A stretch of 64,000 nucleotides of DNA from assembly GCA_039815565.1 (NCBI GenBank), contig JBCBZB010000001.1, positions 119,066 to 183,065 of the forward strand, read 5' to 3'. The notes below the pieces were generated by a model. It had not been told where the DNA came from and ran no database searches. It saw only the letters and a program-made list of their open reading frames with translations. Position numbers and translations under genes: made by a program. Each line of letters starts with the position of its first letter. Position 1 is the first letter of the stretch. This stretch comes from Planctomycetota bacterium (GTDB lineage Bacteria > Planctomycetota > UBA1135 > UBA2386). Positions 25,329-35,126 of the stretch are shown one piece after another.

Positions 25329-25877
25329 CTAGCCCAGGTCGTAGTGTTCGAGTGGCTTGTAGTTCGGCCCGTCTGAGTCGAGGTGGCTTTGGTAGAGAGA
25401 GAACCGATCGACTCGGACCGTCGGTAGCTCGAGTTCGGCGTGGGCCGACAAGAACTCGGCGACTGCCGCGGTTGGTTCTCGCGCGTCCAGTCGTGCGAGC
25501 GTGACGTGTGGGCTGTAGCTCGAGTAACGGTCGTCGGGGAGGCCTCCCGCCCGCAGGACATCGCTCACCGCCGCTTGGAGCACATCGAGACCGGGACAGG
25601 GCGTGATACCCACCCAGAGAACGCGAGGTTGTGCGGACGCGCCTTCCGGGAACCGGCCGATTCCGCGAAGCGTGAGATCGAACGGCTCTTCTTGAACTGT
25701 GCGCAGCGCCTCGCGGTGTGTGCGAAGTGCGGCGGGATCGATTGCGCCCAGGAATCTGAGGGTGATGTGGAAGTCTTCCGGCTGAACCCAGCGAGTAGTC
25801 GTCAGGTCCGAAGTTCTCAACTCCGCGAGTGTGTCTCGAAGATGATCGGGCAAGCCGATCGCTGTGAACGTGTTCAT
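25329..25877 (-). CDS. thpR: RNA 2',3'-cyclic phosphodiesterase (2H phosphoesterase, ThpR/LigT)
   Basis: Two H-x-T-x motifs at the correct spacing (FHITLRFLG and PHVTLARL). Length is 182 aa. Confidence 0.9.
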   Translation of the reverse strand: MNTFTAIGLPDHLRDTLAELRTSDLTTTRWVQPEDFHITLRFLGAIDPAALRTHREALRTVQEEPFDLTLRGIGRFPEGASAQPRVLWVGITPCPGLDVLQAAVSDVLRAGGLPDDRYSSYSPHVTLARLDAREPTAAVAEFLSAHAELELPTVRVDRFSLYQSHLDSDGPNYKPLEHYDLG

Positions 25878-26087
25878 TGGCGTCCGACTCGGACTCTCCC
25901 ACGACGATACGCGTGAGTCCTCGGACCGGGGAGTTGGCCCTCTGGATCGGGTTCATCCCGCGGCTCTCGAGGGGCCGATGAGTAGGTCGTGATCCGGCTC
26001 GTCCGAATCACCCCGTCGCTCCGGGAGTCCGAGAGTCCGGGAGGACGCAGTCCGCTGCGTGTGGTGGGGCGGGGCCTCGACGATGCT

Positions 26088-26765
26088 CTACCAGAGGCGC
26101 CACCACGGCCGGCGAGCTGCTTGTGGCGGTGGACTCGGAGGGACAGTTCGAGGAATGTGCCGGAGCCAACCGAGACTGGGCGTCGCTGAGGAATCCTCGA
26201 GGTCCATCGGGCACGTGCTCCAGCTTCGTGCCAAGGAGAAGACTGACTCCTCGCTTGGGGTGTTGTCGACTGGGTCAGGATCTTCGTCGCAATCAGACGG
26301 AAGCTCAGCAAGGTCGAACCCCAACTCGAGTTCGGCATCTGACCTCGGTCCTTCATCAAAGAGGATCTCCCCGGACTCCCCGAGGTATGCGAAGGCACGT
26401 CGAATTTCGCCGTTCGTCGCTCGGGCCCATCCGTGAAACTCCGCGACTCGATGGGTTGCAAAGTGTTGTGCGTCGCCGAACCGCTCGCTCAGTCGCTCGA
26501 GTTCGTGCCGCCATCGACCGTCGACTTCCTCGAGTTCCAATCCCAACCCGAAACCGGCCACCATCGTCCAGCCCTCGATCGCCGGAGTCACGAAGATGGC
26601 GTCCGAGTCCTCGTAGACCGCACGGATCCCGTGACTCCACGAACTTGGCTGAAGCGACTCGATCTTGAGCGTATTGGCGACTTCCCTTGGCTCGCTACTC
26701 CGGACAGCGAGCCAGCCCATCTTCGCGCCGAATGGCTGGGGACGGTCCGGGGTGGCTTCGGTCAT
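26088..26765 (-). CDS. Hypothetical protein (225 aa)
   Basis: The first 190 aa or so are globular-looking (MGWLAVRSSEPREVANTL...FVTPAIEGWTMVAGFG...HFATHRVAEFHGWARATNGEIRRAFAYLGESGEILF...) with an acidic C-terminal part. GC3 is high. No family recognised. Confidence 0.6.
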   Translation of the reverse strand: MTEATPDRPQPFGAKMGWLAVRSSEPREVANTLKIESLQPSSWSHGIRAVYEDSDAIFVTPAIEGWTMVAGFGLGLELEEVDGRWRHELERLSERFGDAQHFATHRVAEFHGWARATNGEIRRAFAYLGESGEILFDEGPRSDAELELGFDLAELPSDCDEDPDPVDNTPSEESVFSLARSWSTCPMDLEDSSATPSLGWLRHIPRTVPPSPPPQAARRPWWRLW

Positions 26766-26825
26766 GGTCCGTAGCTTGCCAATGCCCCGATCGTTCGACG
26801 AGTCTTCTCGGCGGATTGTGGTCGC

Positions 26826-27506
26826 TCACCACGTCCGCAAGTCTTCGCGCCGAGGTCGGACGGAATCGGGCACCTCGCCCTCGGGGTTTTCGACCAGGCT
26901 CGACTCGAAGGATCCGACGCAGCCCAGCACGTCGCCGAGGATGCGGTTACGGACGCGGGCGTCGATGTGAAAGCGACCGTCGGTTTCGTCGAACCACTCT
27001 TCGACGCGAGCCGAAGCCGAGAACAGGCGCGGAAACCGGAATGACGGGCCGCGGGTCAGCAATCGCTGCGGTCCGGTCAGGAACTCCAAGCCGCCGCGTT
27101 CGGTCACATGAATCGAGATCTCGGCGACCAGGTGCTGGTGGTTGCCGACGTAGATCGCGTGGCTGCCATCGGGTCGTCCCACGACGTACTCGTCAAAACG
27201 CCGTGGCTTCTCGAATTCGAAGGTGCGATTGAGGCTGAGCGTCTCGCGGTCGTGGCTGTCTCGGTAAGTCCAGCACTCGATGCGGAACGGGATGTCCGAG
27301 CCCGACTCCGGGAACATGATGTTCCGAACAGCCCCGAGCCGTAGGAACGGGTCGAACAGTCGAGAGCTGTGCCACACACGCTCCATCGTTCCGACGCCGA
27401 CCGAGTGGAGGTGGCTCTCCGGGCCGAATCCGTGACGCTCTCGACTCGCTGGGTGCAGACTCCCGAAGTCCGAGCCGAGGGCGCGTTGGATCAACGAGGC
27501 GGTCAT
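26826..27506 (-). CDS. DUF4166-like protein
   Basis: Start set to ATG 27506. The N-terminus MTASLIQRALGSDFGSLHPASRERHG resembles my recollection of the DUF4166 N-terminal pattern (LG..F..L.P......H). About 226 aa, beta-rich. Confidence 0.55.
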   Translation of the reverse strand: MTASLIQRALGSDFGSLHPASRERHGFGPESHLHSVGVGTMERVWHSSRLFDPFLRLGAVRNIMFPESGSDIPFRIECWTYRDSHDRETLSLNRTFEFEKPRRFDEYVVGRPDGSHAIYVGNHQHLVAEISIHVTERGGLEFLTGPQRLLTRGPSFRFPRLFSASARVEEWFDETDGRFHIDARVRNRILGDVLGCVGSFESSLVENPEGEVPDSVRPRREDLRTW

Positions 27507-27785
27507 GCGAGGCGGGAGCGTAGCGTCCTGATCTGGATCGCAGCTCAACCCTTCCTCGGTCCCGCGTCGCGGGGCTGCCGAACGAGCGGGAAAGTTGCCC
27601 GACCAGAGGGGTCTCAAGCCTCCGGTCGGGCGGGTGAGGGTTCACTCGTCCTCAAGTCGAAACCAAGACCCGCCATGCAATTGGTAGGTCAGGAGTTTCG
27701 GGGCCGCTTCACGACGAGCTGGGAGGCGAGTTCCGACGAATCCTCGGAAATCTCGGGAGTGAGCAAGGGATGCCCACTGGATCCC

Positions 27786-29174
27786 TCAGAGCGTCCCGCG
27801 AAGCCCACGCGCGGTCTCGCGGACCTTGGGATCGACGTAGCGCTCGTAGAACGCCTGGTTGTGCGGCCCGACGCCGTGCTCGGCGCTGAAGCTGCCGTCG
27901 AAGTCCTTCACCGCGCAGTCGTAGACCAGTGTTTGGAGCGAACTCCAGAACTCCGACCGGTCCTTGGGCGTCTCCTCGGCGGGCCAGACCAGGTTCAGGT
28001 GGGTGCCGCCGTCGCCCCAGTGGCCGAAGTCGCAGACGCGGACGAACGGCGCGCACCTCGTGATCCGGCGGCTGACCTCCTCGGTGAAAGCGCCGAGGCG
28101 GCTCCTCGGGACCGAGAGGTCGAAGGCCAGGACCTCACCCTCTTCGCGAAGGCTCTCGCTGATCTGGTGGCGGATCTTCCAAAACTCGTCGCCTTGGCCG
28201 ACCAGCACCTCGACCAGCGGTTCGCGATTCTCCACGGACTCGGCCTCGACGAAGTCGCAGAGGGTCTGCTCCAGCAACGCTTCGAGGTCGCATCGGTCCT
28301 TCCGGACGACGGAGCTGAGCTCGATCAGGACGGCGTAGGCCGGCTCGGTCTCTCGGAATGGTGCCCGCAGGTCCGCGCCGCGGCGGAGTGTGACCTCGAG
28401 TGCGGACTGCGAGATCGCTTCGTAGGCCGAGACGAACTCCCCGAGTTCGCGGTCGAGCACGCTGAGGAGCTGAACCACCGCAGCTGGAGTCGCGGCACCG
28501 ACCAGCGCCGTCGCGAACTGCCGCGGTTTGGGTGCGAGCCTGACGATCGCGCGTGAGACGAAACCGTAGGCTCCGGAGGTACCGACGAAGAGCTGCTTGA
28601 AGTCGAGGCCGGTGTTGTTCTTCCGCAACGCCTGCAGCGTGTCGACCACCTGGCCGTCGTGGAGCACGACCTCGAGTCCGAGCAGACGACTGCGCACGTC
28701 TCCGTAGCGCACGAGCCGCGACCCGCCGGTGTTCGTGACGACCATCCCACCGATCTGTGGATCGGCTCCGAGGTCGATCGGGAACCACAGTCCCTTCGGT
28801 TCGAGTGCTTCGTTGAGCTCACTCAGGCGAACGCCGGCTTGCAGCCGGGCCGTGCCGTCGAGTTCGTCGATCTCCTCGATCGCGTTCATACGGTCGAACG
28901 CAACGACGATCTGCTTCCCGGTCCGGTCGGGTTGGCTCGCGCCGACCAGACCCGTGTTCGCACCGATCGCGTGAAGTCGCGTGCGGTCCTCGTGACAGAG
29001 CCGCGCGATCGCGCTGAGCTCCTCGGTCGAGGTCGGACGGACGATTGCGCGCGCCTTGCCCTCGCCGTAGCGCCAGCCCTTCTCGATGGCTGTGAGATCG
29101 TGAGGATCGGTCGTGACTCCGTCGTCGCCGAGCAGGGCTCGGAGGCGTCCGAGCAGTCCATCATCCGTGGTCAT
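27786..29174 (-). CDS. FAD-linked oxidase (GlcD / D-lactate / D-2-hydroxyglutarate dehydrogenase family)
   Basis: Start moved to ATG 29174 (MTTDDGLLGRLRALLGDDGVTTD). FAD_binding_4 pattern: IVRPTSTEELSAIARLC, HAIGANTGLVGAS, GADPQIGGMVVTNTGGSRLVRYG. The first 265 codons of the track ORF overlap the upstream gene. Confidence 0.85.
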   Translation of the reverse strand: MTTDDGLLGRLRALLGDDGVTTDPHDLTAIEKGWRYGEGKARAIVRPTSTEELSAIARLCHEDRTRLHAIGANTGLVGASQPDRTGKQIVVAFDRMNAIEEIDELDGTARLQAGVRLSELNEALEPKGLWFPIDLGADPQIGGMVVTNTGGSRLVRYGDVRSRLLGLEVVLHDGQVVDTLQALRKNNTGLDFKQLFVGTSGAYGFVSRAIVRLAPKPRQFATALVGAATPAAVVQLLSVLDRELGEFVSAYEAISQSALEVTLRRGADLRAPFRETEPAYAVLIELSSVVRKDRCDLEALLEQTLCDFVEAESVENREPLVEVLVGQGDEFWKIRHQISESLREEGEVLAFDLSVPRSRLGAFTEEVSRRITRCAPFVRVCDFGHWGDGGTHLNLVWPAEETPKDRSEFWSSLQTLVYDCAVKDFDGSFSAEHGVGPHNQAFYERYVDPKVRETARGLRGTL

Positions 29175-29206
29175 CGCGGCACCCTGTGCGTTCGTCTGCG
29201 CGCTCG

Positions 29207-30244
29207 TCACGAGCGGGGGCCGTTGTCTTCCGAGGCGCCCTCGATCGTGGTCATCTTGAAGATGCCTTGGGCGTTGGCTGCGTCGAAGGCCAGGTCGAGC
29301 GAACCGTCCTCCATCGTCGCACGGCTGATGATCTCGTGGAATGAGCCGGGCACCCGACGCGGGACCAGGTGACCGCTCGAGTCGACGAACAGACGTTCGA
29401 CGGTCGAGGCCCGAAACGCCGTCTGGCGCACTCGCCCGCTGCCCGAGACTTCGATGTCCGACTTGATCGGTCGGTTCCGGAGTCGCTGATGCTCCGCGGT
29501 CGAGCCGAGATCGAGAACCCGGTCGGTCGCGTGATTGAAGGAGTTGCCCTCGGTCGCGATCCAGGCCATCTCCGGGGACTCCGCCAGCAGCGTCTCGTAG
29601 TCGGCGAGCTGTGGTTCCGGGTGCTGACGACCGAAGCAGGGGGCCAGGTTCCGGATCAGGTCCGCGGCCTCCTCGATCGGAAGAACACGATCCTGAGCGA
29701 GGCGCTCGAGCAGGTGGCGGGCGCGAGCGCGAAGTGGGTCGACACTGGTTCGGACCACGCGTTGGACCGCTGCCTGAAACTCCTCGGAGAAGCGCTCGGG
29801 ATGGAGTTCGGAGACGAAATACTGCGGTAGGTCTTCGGGCAGGTCCGAATGGGCCCAGGATCGACCGGTCATGCTCAGTCGTTCGAGTGGGTAGGTCTCG
29901 CGCCGCTGGTAGCCGAGCGGTTTGAGGATGCGCTCGAACGCGGCTTGGCCCGCCGGGAGGTCTCCGCAATCGGTCGCGACGGTCCGGAGCGCGCCGTGGT
30001 CGAAGACGAGTTTGCGACCGTGGCGCACTGCGTCGCCGAGGTAGGCGCGGGCCGACGTGACCTCCCGCAGCAGGTCCTCGAAGAGCACGACGGAGAGACC
30101 CATCGCGATCTCCTGGCGACTCGCGTGATCGAGCTTCGGGCCACGCAGAGACTCGGGGATCTCGATCGCGTTCAGGATTCGCTGAGCGCGGAGGCTTCCG
30201 ACCGTGCGATCGAGGAGCTGGGACAGGTTGGTGCTTGGGAGCAT
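29207..30244 (-). CDS. hglS: DUF1338 family Fe(II) dioxygenase (2-oxoadipate dioxygenase/decarboxylase, HglS-like)
   Basis: LVFDHGALRTV, SFNHATDRV and GSFHEIISR form a His/His/Glu metal-site pattern typical of DUF1338. Start set to ATG 30244. The stop lies 32 nt upstream of the FAD oxidase start. Confidence 0.7.
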   Translation of the reverse strand: MLPSTNLSQLLDRTVGSLRAQRILNAIEIPESLRGPKLDHASRQEIAMGLSVVLFEDLLREVTSARAYLGDAVRHGRKLVFDHGALRTVATDCGDLPAGQAAFERILKPLGYQRRETYPLERLSMTGRSWAHSDLPEDLPQYFVSELHPERFSEEFQAAVQRVVRTSVDPLRARARHLLERLAQDRVLPIEEAADLIRNLAPCFGRQHPEPQLADYETLLAESPEMAWIATEGNSFNHATDRVLDLGSTAEHQRLRNRPIKSDIEVSGSGRVRQTAFRASTVERLFVDSSGHLVPRRVPGSFHEIISRATMEDGSLDLAFDAANAQGIFKMTTIEGASEDNGPRS

Positions 30245-30373
30245 CGGGGTCCCTCGACCCAAGAGGCCGAGGCTCGGATCGCAGGACCGGACGCGCTTCC
30301 GAATTGCACTCCGGTCCGCGGCCGCCGGGATTTCCGGATCACCGATCCCGGATCGGATCCGTCGCCCCCGGCT

Positions 30374-31027
30374 TCAGGCTCTCTCGGCGAGGGAGCCCGG
30401 CGTCGTGGCCTCGGATCCCTCGCTTCTGAGTCGCTGGCTGCTCGGTGTGACACGATGCCGCATCAGAGCGCCACGACAGAAGGCCCGGATCCGTAGGGGC
30501 AGCGATCCAGAGGAGTCTGGACCTGTCGAGTCCAGGCTGGACGAGCCCAACCGCATCCGGTGTCCCTCGAACTCGTCGAGCCGACGCTCGATCGCCGTGA
30601 TCGAGTTCTGGACCACGGCCGCGGCCTTCTCCGCCAATTCGGCAGGCAGGTCCGCGCTCGTCGAGAAGAACGCTTCCTCCAGGTGGAAGATCGCGCGGAT
30701 GTGAAGCTGTCGGACGGCCGCCTCCAGATCGGCCTGCGCGTCGGGGTCGCCTTCCGAGCGAGTCAGTGAACCTTGGATCGATGCGATCAGGTCGCGGAGT
30801 TCGACTTCGACCTCGGGCTTCGGCGTGGTCGCGGGGTTGCGGCTGGTGGAGATTGCTCGGATCCGAGCCTCGAGCGCGGCCTGCAGGCGCAGGACTTCAT
30901 CCGTCGGGGCGAGGATCCACGCGTAGCGAAGTGCTCTCCGCCAGGCGTTCTCGGATGGTTGAGATCCATCGGACGGTCCTCGGGGGCTCGCGGAGGTGTT
31001 CTTGGTGTCGGGACGCTTCTTGGTCAA
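30374..31027 (-). CDS. Hypothetical helical protein
   Basis: The helical middle part is plausible (DEVLRLQAALEARIRAI...DLEAAVRQLHIRAIFHLEEAFFSTSADLPAELAEKAAAVVQNSITAIERRLDEF). The basic N-terminus and the S/R-rich C-terminus are less convincing. Confidence 0.4.
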   Translation of the reverse strand: MTKKRPDTKNTSASPRGPSDGSQPSENAWRRALRYAWILAPTDEVLRLQAALEARIRAISTSRNPATTPKPEVEVELRDLIASIQGSLTRSEGDPDAQADLEAAVRQLHIRAIFHLEEAFFSTSADLPAELAEKAAAVVQNSITAIERRLDEFEGHRMRLGSSSLDSTGPDSSGSLPLRIRAFCRGALMRHRVTPSSQRLRSEGSEATTPGSLAERA

Positions 31028-31230
31028 TTCGCGGAGAGGGTGCGGGTCAGAGGTGCGGAACGAGTGGTGTCAGGCGAGCCGAGCTAGCATGTGTCCGAGG
31101 AGCTCCTCGATCCAGCGAGCGGACCCTGGTTGTTCCCCAGATCTGACGTCGCGGATCAATACAGTTCGGAGACTCGGCTTTCAGAACTCCGATCGACCTG
31201 GCGAGGCGCGGGGAGTCAGATGGGGCCACG

Positions 31231-31677
31231 ATGACGGACGGCGTGCACAGGGCTGGATATAGGGAGGCGATTGCGCTTCCTGGGCTGACCTCGGAGTCCG
31301 TTGTAGCGAAGCTCGACACCGGTGCGGAGTGGTCGGTCGCCGATGCGGATTCGGTGCGACAGGTCGAGCGTGATGGGGAGGCTCGGGTCGCGTTCAGCCT
31401 GGTCCTCGAGCGCAGCGGCGATCGGCCGATTGCGATCGAGTCCGAGGCGCCGTTGATCTCGTGGCGCCGCGTGCGGAGTAGCAATGGTGCGATCGAAGAA
31501 CGGCCGGTCGTCCGGGTCGTCGCGGGGCTCGGCGGGCTCGAGTTCCCGCTCGAGCTGACCCTGACCGATCGGCGGAACATGAGCCACCGCCTGTTGCTCG
31601 GACGGGAGGCTCTCGCTGGGCGATTCCTGGTCGACTCCGGTGCCGAGTTCGTCGCCAGCGAGCGACCGGTCAGCTAA
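31231..31677 (+). CDS. Retropepsin-like aspartic endopeptidase (DUF785; family annotated as 'ATP-dependent zinc protease')
   Basis: VVAKLDTGAEWSVADA contains a D-T-G-A motif. The C-terminus RRNMSHRLLLGREALAGRFLVD and the 148-aa length are typical of the family. Confidence 0.65.
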   Translation: MTDGVHRAGYREAIALPGLTSESVVAKLDTGAEWSVADADSVRQVERDGEARVAFSLVLERSGDRPIAIESEAPLISWRRVRSSNGAIEERPVVRVVAGLGGLEFPLELTLTDRRNMSHRLLLGREALAGRFLVDSGAEFVASERPVS

Positions 31678-31712
31678 CGTCGAGGGTCCGGCCGTGCCTC
31701 GCCGGCTCCACT

Positions 31713-33152
31713 GTGGACGTCCAATCACTCAAGATCGATCGCGGCACCCAGAAGACGCGCAACTCTGGTGGCGGCTCGAGACGTCGTGGCAGCAACCCGT
31801 GGGTCGGTCGTCTGTTGATCGTCGGGGTGATCGCTGTGCTCGGATTCGTGTTCCAGGGTCCGCTTCTCGGGTTGGTCCGCGGACTGACGGCACCACGCGT
31901 CACGATTTTCGAGGTTGTCGAGCCGGAGCGCGCGGGAGTTGCTGCGATCTCCGGTACCGCCGCGAACGGCTACATCGTCGCCGCGCGCCGAGCGGCGCTG
32001 AGCGCGGACACGCCCGGTCGAATCGTCGAGATGAACGTGGCCGAAGGGTCGCGGGTGGAGAAGGGATTCATCGTCGCCAAGCTGTTCCAGGACGAGTTCC
32101 GCGCGGCGTGGATGCGCGCTGAGGCCGAACTCGCGACGGCGGATGCGAACGTGCTGGTGGCGACGGCTGCTCAGACGACGGCCGAGGTCACGGTCACCCA
32201 GCGTCAGAAGAACCTCGAGGCCTCAGGTGCCGATCGCCAAGAGTCGATCGCGCAGTACGAGCTCGCGGTCGTGCGCTTCGAGCGTTCGGTCGAGCTGGTC
32301 GAGTCCGGAGTCTCCTCGCAGGACGAGCTCGATCAGGCGCGTTCCGACCTGGATGCTGCGCAGGCGCGCGTCGAGGCGATGGAAGCTCGTGTCTCAGCTG
32401 CGGGGGTCGCGGTGCAGGACGCCGAGGCCCGGGTCGAGCAGGCCAAAGCCGATCTCGTCGCCGCGGAGGCCCGAGTCGGCGAACGCCGAGCTGCTCGCGA
32501 TCTCGCCAAGGCCACGCTCGACAAGACCGAGATCCGCGCTCCGTTCGACGGGATCGTCGTCCTGAAGGATGCCGAGGTCGGAGAGGTTGTCTCGCCGAAC
32601 TCTCAGGGTGGTTCGAACGCACGTGGCTCGATCTGCACGATGGTGGATCGCGAGAGCCTCGAGGTGCAGGCCGAGGTCCCCGAGAAGAGCCTGACCGCGG
32701 TCCGCGTCGGCGGTCGGGTCCTGGTGTTCCCGGACGCCGATCCGAGCCGTCGTTACGAGGGCCGGGTCGATCGAATCTGGCCGACGGCCAGCCGTCAGAA
32801 GGCCACGGTCGAAGTGCGTGCCAAGCTCGAGGAGTTGGACGACTTCCTGATCCCGGACATGGGTGTGCGGATCGTCTTCGACCCCGAGGAGACCAATCCC
32901 GAGACTCCGATCGGCGATGAGGATCCGGACGCCTACCTGATTCCGACACGCTGTGTCGTCGACGGCGAAGAGGGCCCGGTCGTCTACGTCGTCGCTCGCG
33001 GCGTCGTCGAAGTACGAGCGATCTCGGTGCTCAAGCGAAAGGCCCGGGAAGTCGCCGTGACCGACGGTCTCCGGCCTGGCGACCGGCTCGTGATCGATCC
33101 ACCCGCCGACCTGAAGGCCGGCGACTCGGTCACCGTCGAGAGCGACGATTGA
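31713..33152 (+). CDS. Efflux pump periplasmic adaptor (HlyD / MacA-type membrane fusion protein)
   Basis: N-terminal TM anchor, then a long coiled-coil hairpin (AELATADANV...DLDAAQARVEAMEARV...). Lipoyl and beta-barrel segments are present (EIRAPFDGIVVLKDAEVGEVV; IPTRCVV). Confidence 0.85.
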   Translation: MDVQSLKIDRGTQKTRNSGGGSRRRGSNPWVGRLLIVGVIAVLGFVFQGPLLGLVRGLTAPRVTIFEVVEPERAGVAAISGTAANGYIVAARRAALSADTPGRIVEMNVAEGSRVEKGFIVAKLFQDEFRAAWMRAEAELATADANVLVATAAQTTAEVTVTQRQKNLEASGADRQESIAQYELAVVRFERSVELVESGVSSQDELDQARSDLDAAQARVEAMEARVSAAGVAVQDAEARVEQAKADLVAAEARVGERRAARDLAKATLDKTEIRAPFDGIVVLKDAEVGEVVSPNSQGGSNARGSICTMVDRESLEVQAEVPEKSLTAVRVGGRVLVFPDADPSRRYEGRVDRIWPTASRQKATVEVRAKLEELDDFLIPDMGVRIVFDPEETNPETPIGDEDPDAYLIPTRCVVDGEEGPVVYVVARGVVEVRAISVLKRKAREVAVTDGLRPGDRLVIDPPADLKAGDSVTVESDD

Positions 33153-33197
33153 ACGATTGAGAGCCAAGACGGCGCCGCGAGTGCCACGAGCGAAGCC

Positions 33198-33941
33198 ATG
33201 ACTGACCAAGAACCGATGATCCAGCTCCATTCGGTCGAGCGCACCTACACCCGCGGCGGCGAGACCGTTCCGGTGCTTCAGGGGCTCGAACTCGAGATCG
33301 AAGCCGGCAAGTTCTACGCGCTGATGGGCCCGTCCGGCTCCGGCAAGACCACGATGCTCAACCTCATCGGTGGCCTCGACAGTCCGGACTCTGGCCAAGT
33401 GATCGTCGGTGGTGAGCACATCGACGAACTGCGCGGTGCCGACCTCTCGCAGTGGCGCGCCGAAAACGTCGGGTTCGTGTTCCAGGGCTTCAACCTGCTC
33501 TCGGTCCTGACTGCGCGCGAAAACGTGATGCTGCCCCTGGCGCTGACGCCACTGAAGGGTGGCGAGCGGAAAGCGCAGGCCGAGCGCGCGCTCGAACTCG
33601 TCGGGCTCGGCGACCGAATGGGGCATCGCCCGTCGCAGCTCAGTGGTGGTCAGGAGCAGCGCGTCGCGATCGCGCGCGCGATCGCCACGGACCCGGCCCT
33701 GATCCTCGCCGACGAACCGACCGGTGACCTCGATCGCAAGAGCGCCGAGCAGGTCCTCGATCTGATGCAGAAGCTCAACAAGGAGCTCGGCAAGACGATC
33801 CTGATGGTGACGCACGACCCGGTCGCGGCTGAGTTTGCGGACGCGGTCATTCACCTCGACAAGGGGCGACTCGGGCACATCGAGGTTCACGAGACGCCGC
33901 GAACGGCCGGTCAAGCGGAGGGCTCGACGGCCGTCGGGTGA
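33198..33941 (+). CDS. ABC transporter ATP-binding protein (MacB/LolD-type)
   Basis: Walker [10 protein letters not shown], signature [14 protein letters not shown], Walker [12 protein letters not shown]. Confidence 0.95.
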   Translation: MTDQEPMIQLHSVERTYTRGGETVPVLQGLELEIEAGKFYALMGPSGSGKTTMLNLIGGLDSPDSGQVIVGGEHIDELRGADLSQWRAENVGFVFQGFNLLSVLTARENVMLPLALTPLKGGERKAQAERALELVGLGDRMGHRPSQLSGGQEQRVAIARAIATDPALILADEPTGDLDRKSAEQVLDLMQKLNKELGKTILMVTHDPVAAEFADAVIHLDKGRLGHIEVHETPRTAGQAEGSTAVG

Positions 33942-35119
33942 TCACGATGAACTTTCGTTTCGTCTTCAAGAACATCTGGGCGCACAAGCTTCGAACCGCG
34001 ATGACGGTCGCGGCGGTGTCGCTGGCGGTGTTCCTGCTCTGCATCCTGCAAGCGATCGTCGGTGCGCTTGGCTCGGCCACATCGGCCGCGTCCAACGAGC
34101 GCCTCTGGGTGCAGTCGGCGGTCAGCCTCTTCGTCGACCTTCCGCTCTCCTACGAGTCGAAGATCGCCTCGGTCGAAGGTGTCGAGCGCATCTGCAAGTA
34201 CCAGTGGTTCGGCGGCTACTACCAGGACGAGTCGAACTTCTTCGCGCAGTTCGCGGTCGATCCCGAGACGCTGCTCGACTCGTACCCGGAGATGGTCATC
34301 GACGAGGAGCGGTACGAGAACTTCGCGCAGAACCGGAATTCCTGCCTGGTCGGGGTCCTGACCGCGGAGAAGTTCGGGCTGCAGGTCGGCGACCAGATGC
34401 CGATCACGGGTCGGATCTTCTCGAAGGCCGACGGCAGTGCCTGGACCTTCGAGATCGCCGGCATCTTCAGCGGCACGACGACGGCGGTGGACGAGCAGAT
34501 GGTGCTCTTTCACTTCGACGTGCTGAAGGAGGCGATCGAGGCTGGAGAAGTGCTCGGACAGACCGATCCGAAGATCGGTGTCTACATGATCGACATCGAG
34601 GACGACGCGTCCCCGAGTCAGGTGTCGGCCGACATCGACGAGTTGTTCGAGAACGGTCCGCAGAAGGTGCAGACGACCACCGAGGCGGAGTTCACGCGGC
34701 AGTTCGTGTCGATGCTCGGCTCCGTACCGTTGCTGCTCAACTCGATCGGAGGGGGGGTCGTCTTTGCGATCTTCTTCGCCGTCCTCAACACGATGCTGAT
34801 GGCAGGCCGTGAGCGGACCCGGGACTATGGCGTCCTGAAGGCGCTCGGTTTCAGCGACGGTTGGGTCTTCCGACACACGGTGATCGAATCCGTCCTGATC
34901 TGTGTGCTCGGTGGCGTGGTCGGAGTCCTGCTCGCTTCGCTCGTCAGCTCGTTCATCGCCAAGGCGTTTGCGAGCCTGATCCCGGGTATCGCGATCAACG
35001 ACTCGGTCATGGTGCTCGGCTTTGGCCTGGCGCTCCTGGTCGGGATCTTGGCCGGTGCGGCGCCGGCGCGACGCGCGGCATCGCTGAAGCCGGTCGAAGC
35101 CCTGAGGGCGGTCAACTGA
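33938..35119 (+). CDS. ABC transporter permease, FtsX/MacB-type (permease 1)
   Basis: N-terminal TM (FVFKNIWAHKLRTAMTVAAVSLAVFLL), a periplasmic domain of about 220 aa, and a C-terminal FtsX 3-TM bundle (GVLKALGFSDGWVF). It overlaps the ATPase stop by 4 nt. Confidence 0.9.
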   Translation: MITMNFRFVFKNIWAHKLRTAMTVAAVSLAVFLLCILQAIVGALGSATSAASNERLWVQSAVSLFVDLPLSYESKIASVEGVERICKYQWFGGYYQDESNFFAQFAVDPETLLDSYPEMVIDEERYENFAQNRNSCLVGVLTAEKFGLQVGDQMPITGRIFSKADGSAWTFEIAGIFSGTTTAVDEQMVLFHFDVLKEAIEAGEVLGQTDPKIGVYMIDIEDDASPSQVSADIDELFENGPQKVQTTTEAEFTRQFVSMLGSVPLLLNSIGGGVVFAIFFAVLNTMLMAGRERTRDYGVLKALGFSDGWVFRHTVIESVLICVLGGVVGVLLASLVSSFIAKAFASLIPGIAINDSVMVLGFGLALLVGILAGAAPARRAASLKPVEALRAVN

Positions 35120-35126
35120 GGAGGTC

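Noticed and set aside
27786-29969. Very long 5' extensions of track ORFs. Examples are the 727-aa version of the FAD oxidase, the 924-aa version of the lipoprotein (to 43629), the 469-aa DUF72 (to 46497), the 431-aa helical-repeat protein (to 51029) and the 668-aa OMP (from 5562).
   Set aside because: The extensions overlap upstream genes or are R/P/G-rich. Internal ATG/GTG starts give canonical N-termini (signal peptides, lipoboxes, family-typical starts). I therefore trimmed the starts.
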